DNA of 32,000 nucleotides from Alkalilimnicola ehrlichii MLHE-1 (GCF_000014785.1 NC_008340.1:3120001-3152000), one strand, 5' to 3'; shown: positions 9,084-23,467, counted from the first letter of the stretch. A program made the numbers and translations. Notes: generated from the letters alone by a model not told the origin.

Positions 9084-9634
9084 CGCGCATCAACCTCCTC
9101 CCCTGGCGGGAAGCCGAACGCGAACGCCGCAAAAAGGCCTTCTTCGCCCAACTCGGTGCCGCGGTGCTGGCCGCCGGTCTGGTCTGGTACGGCGCCACTT
9201 GGTACATGGACTCGCTGATCGACCGCCAGCAGGCCCGCAACGATCGCATCCAGCAGGCCCTGCGGGATCTGGACAGCCAAATCGCCGAGATCGAGGACCT
9301 GGAGCGCGAACTGGAGCGGCTGATCAGCCGCGCCGAGGTAATCCAGGACCTTCAGGACGGGCGGACCGCCGTGGTGCAACTGCTGGAGGAGATGGTCAAC
9401 ATCCTCCACGACGGCATTTACTTCACCAGTATCCGGCAGCGCAACAGCCAGATCTCCATCCAGGGTCGCTCGCGCTCGCCCCAGGAGGTCTCGGTGTTCC
9501 TGCAGAACATCGACAACTCCACCCTGCTGGGGGACCCCGACCTCGACTCCTTCGAGGCCGGCGGCGCTGATGGCGAAGGTCAGCCGCGCTACTACAACTT
9601 TGCCGCCCGCACCACCCAGCAGAGTAACCGCTGA
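9080..9634 (+). CDS. pilN: Type IV pilus assembly protein PilN
   Basis: MTRINLLPWRE is the conserved PilM-binding N-terminus, followed by a single TM helix and a coiled coil. Position in the pilMNOPQ order supports the call. Confidence 0.9.
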   Translation: MTRINLLPWREAERERRKKAFFAQLGAAVLAAGLVWYGATWYMDSLIDRQQARNDRIQQALRDLDSQIAEIEDLERELERLISRAEVIQDLQDGRTAVVQLLEEMVNILHDGIYFTSIRQRNSQISIQGRSRSPQEVSVFLQNIDNSTLLGDPDLDSFEAGGADGEGQPRYYNFAARTTQQSNR

Positions 9635-9654
9635 GCGCTCAGGGAGGACGTCCA

Positions 9655-10239
9655 ATGAAACTCGACGACCTGCGCGACCTGGACCCGAACAACCCCGGGG
9701 CATGGCCCGGCTGGGTCCGTGCGGCGGCCATCGCCCTGGTGTTCATTCTTGCGGTGCTCGGCGGCTGGTACTTCGGCTGGTCCGATAAGCTCTCCCAGCT
9801 CGAGCGTGCCGAGGCGCGCGAGCCCGACCTGCTCCGCGAACTCGACCAGAAGAAGCATCGGGCGGCGAACCTGGACGCCTATCGCCGACAGAAGGAGCAG
9901 ATCGAGACCGAACTGGTCGAGATGCTCGGCCGGCTGCCCGGCGACGTGGCGCAACCCAGCCTGGTGGAGGACATCTCGCTGCAGGCCTCCGGGGCGGGCC
10001 TGGAGATCGCCTCCTACAACACCCGCAGCCCGACCCAACGGGAGTTCTACGCCGAACTGCCCGTGGACATGCGCGTCATCGGCACCTACGAGCAGCTGGG
10101 CCAATTTGTCAGCGGCGTCGCCAACATGGACCGCATCGTAACGCTGCACAATCTCACCATCGAGCCGCGGGATGGCAGTGATCGACTGGGCATGAATATG
10201 ACCGCCAGGACCTACTGGTACCTGGATCCGGAGGACTAG
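9655..10239 (+). CDS. pilO: Type IV pilus assembly protein PilO
   Basis: A single TM helix is followed by a coiled coil and a ferredoxin-like C-terminal core (FVSGVANMDRIVTLHNLTI). SD AGGGAGGA at 9641-9648. Position in the operon supports the call. Confidence 0.9.
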   Translation: MKLDDLRDLDPNNPGAWPGWVRAAAIALVFILAVLGGWYFGWSDKLSQLERAEAREPDLLRELDQKKHRAANLDAYRRQKEQIETELVEMLGRLPGDVAQPSLVEDISLQASGAGLEIASYNTRSPTQREFYAELPVDMRVIGTYEQLGQFVSGVANMDRIVTLHNLTIEPRDGSDRLGMNMTARTYWYLDPED

Positions 10240-10241
10240 GC

Positions 10242-10787
10242 ATGCAGGGAAGGAACGGGCATCTCCCCTTTACGCTCCGCCGCGGGCTGTTCTTGATGGC
10301 CCTCGCGGCACTGCTGCTGGCGGGTTGCAGCGAGGACATGTCGGACCTGGAGCGGAAGATTTCCGAGCCGGCACCGGAGAGCGAGATCGACCCCATCCCC
10401 AGTTTCGAGGAGGCGGCAGCGGTACGCTTCCCCGCCACGCTGCCCCGCGACCCCTTTCGGCCGCTGGGTTTCGGGCCCGAACGCGAGGAGGAGGTGCTCA
10501 CCGCCGCGGTGATCGACCCGGACCGGCCGCGGGAGCCCCTGGAGCACTTCCAGCGCGACAGCCTGCGGTTCGTCGGCACCCTGGGGCGCGGGGACGTGCG
10601 CCACGCAATGATTCAGGATCCGGAGCAGCGGATCCACCTGGTCACCGTCGGCAACTATCTGGGGCGCGCCTCCGGGCGTATCGAGGAGATCTCGCCCGAG
10701 CGCATTGTGCTGACGGAAAAGGTCAGGGATCGTCACGGTCAGGTGGTGGAGCGCCCTGCGGCACTCAACCTGCAGCCGGCACAATGA
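10242..10787 (+). CDS. pilP: Type IV pilus assembly lipoprotein PilP
   Basis: Lipobox LLLAGC, and a C-terminal beta-domain (LRFVGTLGRGDVRHAMIQDPEQRIHLVTVGNYLG) typical of PilP. Operon position supports the call. Confidence 0.85.
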   Translation: MQGRNGHLPFTLRRGLFLMALAALLLAGCSEDMSDLERKISEPAPESEIDPIPSFEEAAAVRFPATLPRDPFRPLGFGPEREEEVLTAAVIDPDRPREPLEHFQRDSLRFVGTLGRGDVRHAMIQDPEQRIHLVTVGNYLGRASGRIEEISPERIVLTEKVRDRHGQVVERPAALNLQPAQ

Positions 10788-10821
10788 ACGGCAGCCCGGG
10801 ATCTTGGAGGGAGTAAGAACA

Positions 10822-12906
10822 ATGTTTGCCAAAGCCATCTCAGGACGAAGCGGCGCCGCACCGGACCGCCTCCAGGGGCTGTTCATCGGGCTACTGGCCC
10901 TCACGGCGCTCGCCTGCGGGCTCACCCCTGTGCAGGCCGGAGCCGCCACCGTCAACCTCACCGACATGGAGTACACCACCGCCCCGGGCAACCGGGTGGA
11001 GCTGATCCTAACGCTGGACGGCGAACCGCCGGAGCCGGGCAGCTTCACCATCAGCAACCCGGCGCGCCTGGTGGTGGACCTGCGCGACACCCGCAACCGG
11101 CTGGCCGAACGGGCGCTGGAGATCGACACCGGCAACGTGCGCCGGGTCACCACCACCGAATCCGGCGACCGCACCCGGTTGGCGATCCAGCTCAGTCGCT
11201 TGGTGGATCACGCCATCCGGGTGGAGGGCAACCAGATCTTCATCACGCTGGACGGGGGCACCGGCGCCGCCGCACGCATCGGGCGCGACCACGAACCGCG
11301 CGAGCGTACCACCCGCAGCCAGATCGAGGACATCGACTTCCGGCGTACCCCGGACGAGGGCGGGCGCATCATCATCGCCCTCAGTGACGGCCGCGCACCG
11401 GTGCGCATGGACGAGCGCTCCGACCGGGTGGTGCTGGAGTTCCCGGGCAGCCGCGTGCCCGAGGAGCTGCGGCGCCGGCTGGATGTCACCGACTTCGCCA
11501 CCCCGGTGCAGATGATCGAGACCCGGCAACAGGACGACCGGGTGCGAATGACAGTGACTGCCCGCGGCCCCTTCCGCACCGCCGGCTATCAGACCGCCGA
11601 CAGCTTCACCCTGGAGATCGACCCGCGCATCGATGACGAGGAGGTGGACGAACCCACCTACACCGGCGACCCCATCACCCTCGATTTCCAGGACGTCGAG
11701 GTGCGGCGGGTGCTGCAGATCCTCGCCGACTTCAACGACATGAATGCGGTGATCAGCGACAGTGTGGACGGCCGCCTGACACTGCGCCTGGTGGAGGTCC
11801 CCTGGGACCACGCCCTGGAGATCATCCTCGAGGCCCAGGGCCTGGACGTCCGTGAGCGCGGCAACGTACTCACCTTCGCCCCCACCGAGGAGCTGGCCGC
11901 CCGCGACCGGGCCCGTGAGGAGGCCCGCCGCACGGTGGACGAGGTCGCCCCGCTCAGCTCGGCCTTCATCCAGGTCAACTACGCCCGCGCCGAGGACATC
12001 GCCAACCTGCTGAAGGGCGACGAGACCAGCCTGCTCTCCGAACGCGGCCAGGTGGCGATCGACGAGCGCACCAACCTGCTCATCGTGCAGGATATGGAGC
12101 GCAACATCGACGACATCCGCAATCTGGTGAACCGGCTGGACATCCCGGTGCAGCAGGTGCTGATCGAGTCGCGCATCGTCATCGCCGACGACGACTTCTC
12201 GCGCGACCTGGGCGTCCGCTTCGGCTACACCGCCACCGGCAGCCTGGGCAGCGAGGGCACCGCCATCGGCGCCCGCCCCACCCCCACGCCCGGCATTGAC
12301 GGCACCGATGACCTGATGGTGGATCTGCCTGCCCCGGCAGAGGCCCCGCGACTCGGCCTGGCCATCGGGCGCATCGGTGACCGCCTGCTCCAGTTGGAGC
12401 TGTCGGCCATGGAGACCGAGGGGCGCGGCGAGGTCATCTCCAGCCCGCGGGTCATCACCGCCAACCAGCGGGAGGCCAACATCCGCCAGGGCGTGGAGAT
12501 CCCCTACCAGGAGGAGACCGCCAGCGGCGCCACCAACGTGGAGTTCAAGGAGGCGGTGCTGGGCCTCACGGTCACCCCGCAGATCACACCGGATGACCGG
12601 GTCATTATGAACCTGGAGGTCTCCAACGACACCGTGGGCGAGGTCTTCGCCGGGGTGCCCAGCATCGACACCCAGTCGGTCACCACCCAGGTCCTGGTGG
12701 ACAACGGCGAGACCGTGGTGCTGGGCGGGGTCTACGAGCGGGCCAGCGGCGAGCAAACCCGGCGCGTGCCCTTCTTCGGGAGCCTGCCGGGGGTGGGCTG
12801 GCTGTTCCGCAACCGCCTGACCTTCGACGAACAGTCCGAGCTGCTCGTCTTCGTCACCCCGCGCATCCTGGACGAATCGCTGAATGCGCGTAACGCGGGG
12901 CAATAA
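10822..12906 (+). CDS. pilQ: Type IV pilus secretin PilQ (two AMIN domains, N0/N1, secretin domain)
   Basis: Signal peptide, two AMIN-like repeats, an N0 segment (ITLDFQDVEVRRVLQILADF) and a C-terminal secretin core (VLVDNGETVVLGGVYE...VPFFGSLPGVGWLFR...LLVFVTPRIL). ATG 10822 is preceded by GGAGGGAG. The TTG at 10804 is rejected as an extension. Confidence 0.95.
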   Translation: MFAKAISGRSGAAPDRLQGLFIGLLALTALACGLTPVQAGAATVNLTDMEYTTAPGNRVELILTLDGEPPEPGSFTISNPARLVVDLRDTRNRLAERALEIDTGNVRRVTTTESGDRTRLAIQLSRLVDHAIRVEGNQIFITLDGGTGAAARIGRDHEPRERTTRSQIEDIDFRRTPDEGGRIIIALSDGRAPVRMDERSDRVVLEFPGSRVPEELRRRLDVTDFATPVQMIETRQQDDRVRMTVTARGPFRTAGYQTADSFTLEIDPRIDDEEVDEPTYTGDPITLDFQDVEVRRVLQILADFNDMNAVISDSVDGRLTLRLVEVPWDHALEIILEAQGLDVRERGNVLTFAPTEELAARDRAREEARRTVDEVAPLSSAFIQVNYARAEDIANLLKGDETSLLSERGQVAIDERTNLLIVQDMERNIDDIRNLVNRLDIPVQQVLIESRIVIADDDFSRDLGVRFGYTATGSLGSEGTAIGARPTPTPGIDGTDDLMVDLPAPAEAPRLGLAIGRIGDRLLQLELSAMETEGRGEVISSPRVITANQREANIRQGVEIPYQEETASGATNVEFKEAVLGLTVTPQITPDDRVIMNLEVSNDTVGEVFAGVPSIDTQSVTTQVLVDNGETVVLGGVYERASGEQTRRVPFFGSLPGVGWLFRNRLTFDEQSELLVFVTPRILDESLNARNAGQ

Positions 12907-12973
12907 ACGGCCCGAGGGCAGGGACGCCCATCTAACCACACGTGGAAGCCTGAGCAGAAGGGGAGAAGGACCA

Positions 12974-14986
12974 GTGAGCACATGGATCACACGCGCGGCA
13001 GCACTCCTTTTCGTCGCCGCCATGCTCGCGTTGGCGGGCTGTAACAGCAGCAGCACCGGCGGTTTCACCGGCGATCCGGATAACGGCGACGGAAACGGTG
13101 ACAACGGTGACGGGGTCACCGGCGCGGACATCGGCCGGGTGGTGGTGACCGGGTCCAACACCCTGCCGACCGGCAACGACACCCGCCTGCAGCTTGAGGT
13201 GCTCGTCCTGGATGATGCCAACCGGGTCAAGGAAGGGGTGGAAGTCTTCCCCCAGACCGATGATCGCGATCTGTTTTTCGAAGCGGCTGGGACCAGCGGC
13301 TGGCAAACCGACGAATCGGGCCGCGTCCGGCTCTACGTCCGCACCCCCGCAAACCCGGAGAATCGCACCTCGAGCCTGACAGTCCGTGCCGATGGCGAGA
13401 CGTCTCCGCCCTTCCCAGTCCAGGTCACGGGTACGGCATGGTCCCCCATCCAAGCCACCAGCACCGCCACCATCAATGCCTTCGAGACCCTGCAATTGGC
13501 CCTCCGGGACAGCACCGGCGGCACACTCGGGCAACGCCCTGTCAACGCTGAAGGCAGCGGCGACGCCGTAATCGTCGACCCGACCGAGGGCGAAACGGAC
13601 CTCTCCGGAACCTTCAGCGTGGATTACCAGGCGAATGACGTCGGTGACTTTCACGTTCTGGTCAGCAGTTCGGGGGCGCAGTACCAGCACAGCTTCTCCG
13701 TCGACCAGTTCGGCATCGAGTTCATCGAACCCGACGAGAGCGGAGGGCTGTGGCCGGTGGGCACCGACATCGACGTGACGGTGCAGCTCATGGAGGGGAA
13801 CACCCCAATGGAGGGAGAAGAGATCCGCTTCAACGCCTCCCGCGGCAGCCTGGACGGATCCGACCCCCCACAGGTCACCACGACCACCGATGATGACGGC
13901 AAGGCCACGGTGATCATCCGTTCCGATGACGTGGGCCCGACCCGTATCACTGCGAAGGCCCTCGATGTGGGCGTTGAGACCTCAACCACCGCGCAGTTCG
14001 TCACCGACGCCGCCGAGTTCATCGATCTGCAGGCAGTACCCGCCATCGTCCGGCCGCGGGATACTGAAAACGCCAGCGATGCCGGAGACGACAGCGTCAG
14101 CCGTATTGTGGCCAAGGTGACCGATGATGCCGGTCAACCGGTACAGGGTGCTGAAGTCGGGTTCAATCTCAGCGACACCTCAGGCGGTGAGTTGCGATCC
14201 AACACCGCGACCACCGACCTCTTCGGACGCGCCGTTGTGGAATATGTCGCGGGCCGAGTCGGCTCCGGGGATCAGGGAATCACTGTGACCGGTTTCCTGA
14301 CGGAGGACACCGATCTCAGCAACCAGGTAAAACTGACGGCATCCGCCCAGGCCCTTTACATCACCCTGGGCACGGGCAACGAGATCCTCGACATCAACGA
14401 GACCACCTACGCCAAACCCTACACCGCGGTCATCACCGACGCCTCCGGCCAACCGGTGGCCAACACCGAGGTCAGTCTGTCGGTCTGGTCCACCGATTAC
14501 CGCCGTGGTTTCCTGGTCTGGAGCGATGACGCCCAGCGCTGGGTGATTCACGACAGTGCCGTGCAATGCGCCTCCGAGGATCAGACCCGGGGCGGCAACA
14601 TCAACCTGGAGAATGACGTCTCGGAGACCGGCACCCTGCTCCCGGGCAACGTCGCCACACTGGCGCCGGCCGACGGCACCGAACTCTCCATCACCACGGA
14701 TGAGAGCGGCTTCGCCGACTTCGAAGTTCGCTACCCGAAGGACCACGCCCAATGGGTGCGGGTGGAGTTGCGGGCTACGGTGGGTGGTGAAGTCGCCGGC
14801 ACGGAGGGCGAGCGCCTCCGCAGTTTCTGGCTGCCGGTGGCCGACGATGACGTCAACGAACTGGATACCCTGCCGCCTGGCTACAACAGCCCCTTCGGCA
14901 CCGGCCGGCCCGGGGAGGCCGACCGCTGCACCGCCTTCCCGGAGGACTACGACTGGCAGGAGAGCTTCCGGGACGAGTTCCTGTAA
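12974..14986 (+). CDS. Acidic outer-membrane-type lipoprotein with multiple bacterial Ig-like (Big_1/invasin-like) repeats
   Basis: GTG 12974 follows GGGAGAAGGA. The signal peptide carries the lipobox MLALAG|C (Cys codon 13040-13042), followed by a D/N/G-rich linker. Repeated ~90-100-aa beta-rich modules follow, e.g. TTTDDDGKATVIIRSDDVGPTRITAKAL and ATTDLFGRAVVEYVAGRVGSGDQGITVTGFL. The Ig-like call is pattern recognition, not an HMM result. Confidence 0.7.
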   Translation: MSTWITRAAALLFVAAMLALAGCNSSSTGGFTGDPDNGDGNGDNGDGVTGADIGRVVVTGSNTLPTGNDTRLQLEVLVLDDANRVKEGVEVFPQTDDRDLFFEAAGTSGWQTDESGRVRLYVRTPANPENRTSSLTVRADGETSPPFPVQVTGTAWSPIQATSTATINAFETLQLALRDSTGGTLGQRPVNAEGSGDAVIVDPTEGETDLSGTFSVDYQANDVGDFHVLVSSSGAQYQHSFSVDQFGIEFIEPDESGGLWPVGTDIDVTVQLMEGNTPMEGEEIRFNASRGSLDGSDPPQVTTTTDDDGKATVIIRSDDVGPTRITAKALDVGVETSTTAQFVTDAAEFIDLQAVPAIVRPRDTENASDAGDDSVSRIVAKVTDDAGQPVQGAEVGFNLSDTSGGELRSNTATTDLFGRAVVEYVAGRVGSGDQGITVTGFLTEDTDLSNQVKLTASAQALYITLGTGNEILDINETTYAKPYTAVITDASGQPVANTEVSLSVWSTDYRRGFLVWSDDAQRWVIHDSAVQCASEDQTRGGNINLENDVSETGTLLPGNVATLAPADGTELSITTDESGFADFEVRYPKDHAQWVRVELRATVGGEVAGTEGERLRSFWLPVADDDVNELDTLPPGYNSPFGTGRPGEADRCTAFPEDYDWQESFRDEFL

Positions 14987-15028
14987 CGGTAACCGCAACC
15001 CGCCCGCCGGCCAGGCTGGCGGATTGGA

Positions 15029-15066
15029 CAGGGGCGCCGGATCGATTCCGGCGCCCCTGTTTGGTT
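15029..15066 (+). terminator. Strong rho-independent terminator ending the pil cluster transcript
   Basis: A 13-bp perfect stem: CAGGGGCGCCGGA (15029-15041), loop TCGAT, TCCGGCGCCCCTG (15047-15059). TTTGGTT follows at 15060-15066. Confidence 0.85.
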
Positions 15067-15147
15067 CGGCCCCAGCCATAGCCCCGCGCCTCTGATGCGC
15101 CCGTTTCTGGTATCGTGTCCCCGATACCCACGGAGCGCATGCGTACC

Positions 15148-15687
15148 ATGAACCATCCACCCCGCATCTACCTCATCGGCCCCATGGGCGCCGGCAAGAG
15201 CACGGTGGGCCGCCGGCTGGCGGACGCACTGGGCCTGCCCTTCGAGGACAGCGACCGCTACATCGTCGAGCGGACCGGCGTGGACATCCCCACGATCTTC
15301 GACATCGAGGGCGAGGCGGGCTTTCGCAAGCGTGAGCACGACGCCATCCGCACCCTCACCGAGCGGGAGGAACTGGTCCTCGCCACCGGTGGCGGTGTGG
15401 TGACCACCCCCGCCAACCGCGACCTGCTGGGTGCCCGCGGCATCGTGGTCTACCTTTACACCCCGGTGGAGACCCAACTGGCGCGCACCGGCAAGGACCG
15501 CAACCGCCCGCTGCTGCAGACCGAGGACCCGCGGGCCCGCCTGGAGGCACTGATGGTCGAGCGCGACCCGCTCTACCGGGCGATCGCCGACATCATCATC
15601 GATACCCGCGGCGGCACGGTGAAATCGGTGGCGCGGCGGGTGCTCAAGGCGCTGGAGGAGCCCGCCGGCCAGGAGACCCAACCATGA
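15148..15687 (+). CDS. aroK: Shikimate kinase
   Basis: Walker [18 protein letters not shown], followed by DSD and GGG motifs. The start is ATG 15148 or 15139; the ORF-track start at 15115 is probably too long. The stop overlaps the aroB start (ATGA). Confidence 0.93.
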   Translation: MNHPPRIYLIGPMGAGKSTVGRRLADALGLPFEDSDRYIVERTGVDIPTIFDIEGEAGFRKREHDAIRTLTEREELVLATGGGVVTTPANRDLLGARGIVVYLYTPVETQLARTGKDRNRPLLQTEDPRARLEALMVERDPLYRAIADIIIDTRGGTVKSVARRVLKALEEPAGQETQP

Positions 15688-16778
15688 CCGAGACCACCAC
15701 CCTGCAGGTGGATCTGGGCAGCCGCAGCTACCCGATCCACATCGGCACCGGCCTGCTCGACCAGCCCCGGCTGATCACCGACCACCTGCCCGCCCGGCGG
15801 GTGATGGTGGTGACCAACGAAACCGTCGCCCCCCATTACCTCGACCGGGTGTTGGCCAGCCTCGATGGCCGCGAGGCCCACAGCGTGGTGCTCCCCGACG
15901 GCGAGCGCTTCAAGAGCCTGGAGACCGCCATGCGCGTCTATGACGCGCTGATCGAGCACCGCTTCGACCGCGGCTCCGCCATCGTCGCCCTGGGCGGCGG
16001 CGTGATCGGCGATCTCGCCGGCTTCGTGGCCGCCACCTGGCAGCGGGGGGTGCGCTACCTCCAGGTGCCCACCACCCTGTTGGCGCAGGTGGACTCCTCA
16101 GTGGGCGGCAAGACCGCGGTCAACCACCCGGGCGGCAAGAACATGATCGGCGCCTTTCACCAGCCCCGCTGCGTGATCGCCGACATGGACACCCTGGACA
16201 CCCTCCCCGACCGGGAGCTGCGCGCCGGGCTGGCCGAGGTGATCAAGTACGGGCTGATCCGCGACGCCGACTTTCTGACCTGGCTGGAGGCGAACATGCC
16301 GGCCCTGCTGGCTCGCGACAAGGCGGCGCTGGCCGAGGCGGTGGAGCGCTCCTGCCGGCACAAGGCCGCGGTGGTGGCCGAGGACGAGCTGGAGGCGGGG
16401 CAGCGGGCCCTGCTCAACCTGGGCCATACCTTCGGCCACGCCATCGAGACCCATACCGGCTATGGGGCCTGGCTGCACGGTGAGGCGGTGGCCGCCGGGA
16501 TGGTGATGGCCGGCTGGATGTCCATGCGCCAGGGCTGGCTGAGCGAGGCCGATTTCCACCGCCTGGAGGCCATCCTCTCCACCGCCGGCCTGCCCGTGGC
16601 CCCGCCGGCGATGGAGAGTGAGCGCTTCCGCGAATTGATGGCCGTGGACAAGAAGGTGCAGGACGGCCGGCTGCGGCTGGTGCTGTTGCGGGCGCTGGGC
16701 GACGCCGTGGTCACCGATGCCTTCGACCCCGCCGCGCTGGAGGCCACCCTGGACCACTACTGCGCCAGCCCCGAATAG
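15684..16778 (+). CDS. aroB: 3-dehydroquinate synthase
   Basis: [44 protein letters not shown] and the metal-binding [12 protein letters not shown] motifs. Conserved aroK-aroB order. Confidence 0.96.
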   Translation: MTETTTLQVDLGSRSYPIHIGTGLLDQPRLITDHLPARRVMVVTNETVAPHYLDRVLASLDGREAHSVVLPDGERFKSLETAMRVYDALIEHRFDRGSAIVALGGGVIGDLAGFVAATWQRGVRYLQVPTTLLAQVDSSVGGKTAVNHPGGKNMIGAFHQPRCVIADMDTLDTLPDRELRAGLAEVIKYGLIRDADFLTWLEANMPALLARDKAALAEAVERSCRHKAAVVAEDELEAGQRALLNLGHTFGHAIETHTGYGAWLHGEAVAAGMVMAGWMSMRQGWLSEADFHRLEAILSTAGLPVAPPAMESERFRELMAVDKKVQDGRLRLVLLRALGDAVVTDAFDPAALEATLDHYCASPE

Positions 16779-16787
16779 CAACGCCAA

Positions 16788-16808
16788 TGCCGGGCGCTCT
16801 GCCCGGCA
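16788..16808 (+). other. GC hairpin just after aroB (possible weak terminator or RNA-stability element)
   Basis: TGCCGGGC (16788-16795), loop GCTCT, GCCCGGCA (16801-16808). No T-tract follows. Confidence 0.35.
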
Positions 16809-16839
16809 CGCACCACCCCCTCCCCCACCTGCCCGGCAG

Positions 16840-16860
16840 ATGCGACATTTTGTGTCGCAT
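16840..16860. promoter_or_regulatory. Perfect palindrome ATGCGACA-N5-TGTCGCAT upstream of the putative gltB promoter
   Basis: ATGCGACA (16840-16847), TTTTG, TGTCGCAT (16853-16860). It ends 26 nt upstream of the candidate -35. This is a candidate dimeric regulator site of unknown identity. Confidence 0.35.
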
Positions 16861-16885
16861 GTAGGCAACTATCGAGCATAAGACC

Positions 16886-16914
16886 TTGGCAAATACACCG
16901 ACTCACGATATATT
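16886..16914 (+). promoter_or_regulatory. Candidate sigma70 promoter for gltBD (TTGGCA-17 nt-TATATT)
   Basis: TTGGCA at 16886-16891, a 17-nt spacer, TATATT at 16909-16914. Each hexamer matches 5/6 to consensus, in the AT-richer part of the aroB-gltB gap. It implies a ~165-nt leader. Confidence 0.45.
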
Positions 16915-17087
16915 GTCCGGCCGCTTTTAGATAGGTTGCCGATGATGCACTGCAGCAACGAGCCCTACTTCTAATAGAGCACCTCCCCGAGGCCGCGCCG
17001 AGACGCTGGCGCACCCGCCTCTATACTGCTTAGACGGCAGTGTCACTGGCACACCCAAGCCCCCAGAAACCGCACCAGAGGTCTCCC

Positions 17088-23031
<5,944 letters not shown>

Positions 23032-23051
23032 CCTCCCGGGGGGCACATGCA

Positions 23052-23248
23052 CCGTCACTGGGGGACTGGGCCACCCTCCGCCGTCACTGGGGGGCCGGCC
23101 CACCCCCACCGCCACCACGAGCGCGGGCCCGCCGCTACGTCACTGCGGGCGCGAACCCGCCCCACCGTCACCGCGGGCGTGAACCCGCCCCACCGTCACT
23201 GCGGGCGTGAACCCGCCCCACCGTCACTGCGAGGAGCGAAGCGACGTG
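23052..23248 (+). repeat. Tandem array of seven 28-29-bp units (consensus CCGTCACTGCGGGCGTGAACCCGCCCCA)
   Basis: The CCGTCACTG-type motif recurs at 23052, 23081, (degenerate 23109), 23137, 23165, 23193 and 23221. Units at 23137-23220 are nearly identical. Each unit carries an internal GCGGG-N6-CCCGC hairpin. There are no spacers between units. Confidence 0.85.
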
Positions 23249-23275
23249 GCAGTCTACCGCCCTGGATCGCCACGG

Positions 23276-23392
23276 GCCTTCGGCCCTCGCGATGACGAGG
23301 GGAAAGCCTTCGGCCCTCGCGATGACGGGGGTGCCCCGTTCCTCGCTGATTCGCGCCCGCGCAGCGGGGGGTCGGGCTCGCGATGACGGGGT
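23276..23392 (+). repeat. Second ~30-bp repeat array (core GCCTTCGGCCCTCGCGATGACG), related to the first array in inverted orientation
   Basis: An identical 22-nt core occurs at 23276-23297 and 23306-23327. CTCGCGATGACG recurs at 23377-23388, with a degenerate copy at about 23342. The reverse complement CCGTCATCGCGAGG resembles the last unit of the first array, CCGTCACTGCGAGG. Confidence 0.7.
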
Positions 23393-23467
23393 TCGGGGCC
23401 GCTGCGCGTCCACACGCCCTGGCTCGAGATGGTATCCTCTCCCCAGATCCCCAACGGGAGTTTCCAG

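Noticed and set aside
12884-12973. Upstream extensions proposed by the ORF track: 12884 for the lipoprotein, 24959 for the TerB-like gene, 7983 for pilM, 10804 for pilQ, 17040 for gltB, 23429 for hemE, 15115 for aroK and 2730 for rpmE2.
   Set aside because: In each case a downstream start has a better-spaced SD and gives an N-terminus matching the family norm (signal peptide, conserved first motif). The extensions are basic or Pro-rich, and some overlap the preceding gene.
11008-13230. A 740-aa ORF on the minus strand opposite pilQ and the Ig-like gene. Similar very long antisense ORFs lie opposite mrcA (6049-7827), gltB (18330-20501), gltD (21613-23118), gltA (3816-4715), pntAA (28134-29156) and the pil genes (8882-9703, 10236-11174).
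   Set aside because: All lie opposite genes with unmistakable conserved motifs. Their translations are Arg/Gly/Ala/Pro/His-rich low-complexity strings with no recognisable domains. Long stop-free antisense frames are the expected artefact of ~65 % GC coding DNA.
14947-15681. A 244-aa minus-strand ORF spanning the terminator and aroK.
   Set aside because: It is antisense to aroK, which has a clear Walker A motif. It crosses an intrinsic terminator and has low-complexity composition.
23052-23248. Possible CRISPR array, given the 28-bp repeats with internal hairpins.
   Set aside because: The units are directly abutting with no unique spacers. No cas genes or leader are nearby, and the copies degrade progressively as in a simple tandem repeat.
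23385-23410. GGGGTTCGGGGCC resembles a tRNA T-loop.
   Set aside because: The flanking bases do not form a T-stem, and no acceptor or anticodon arms can be drawn. It is part of the repeat block.
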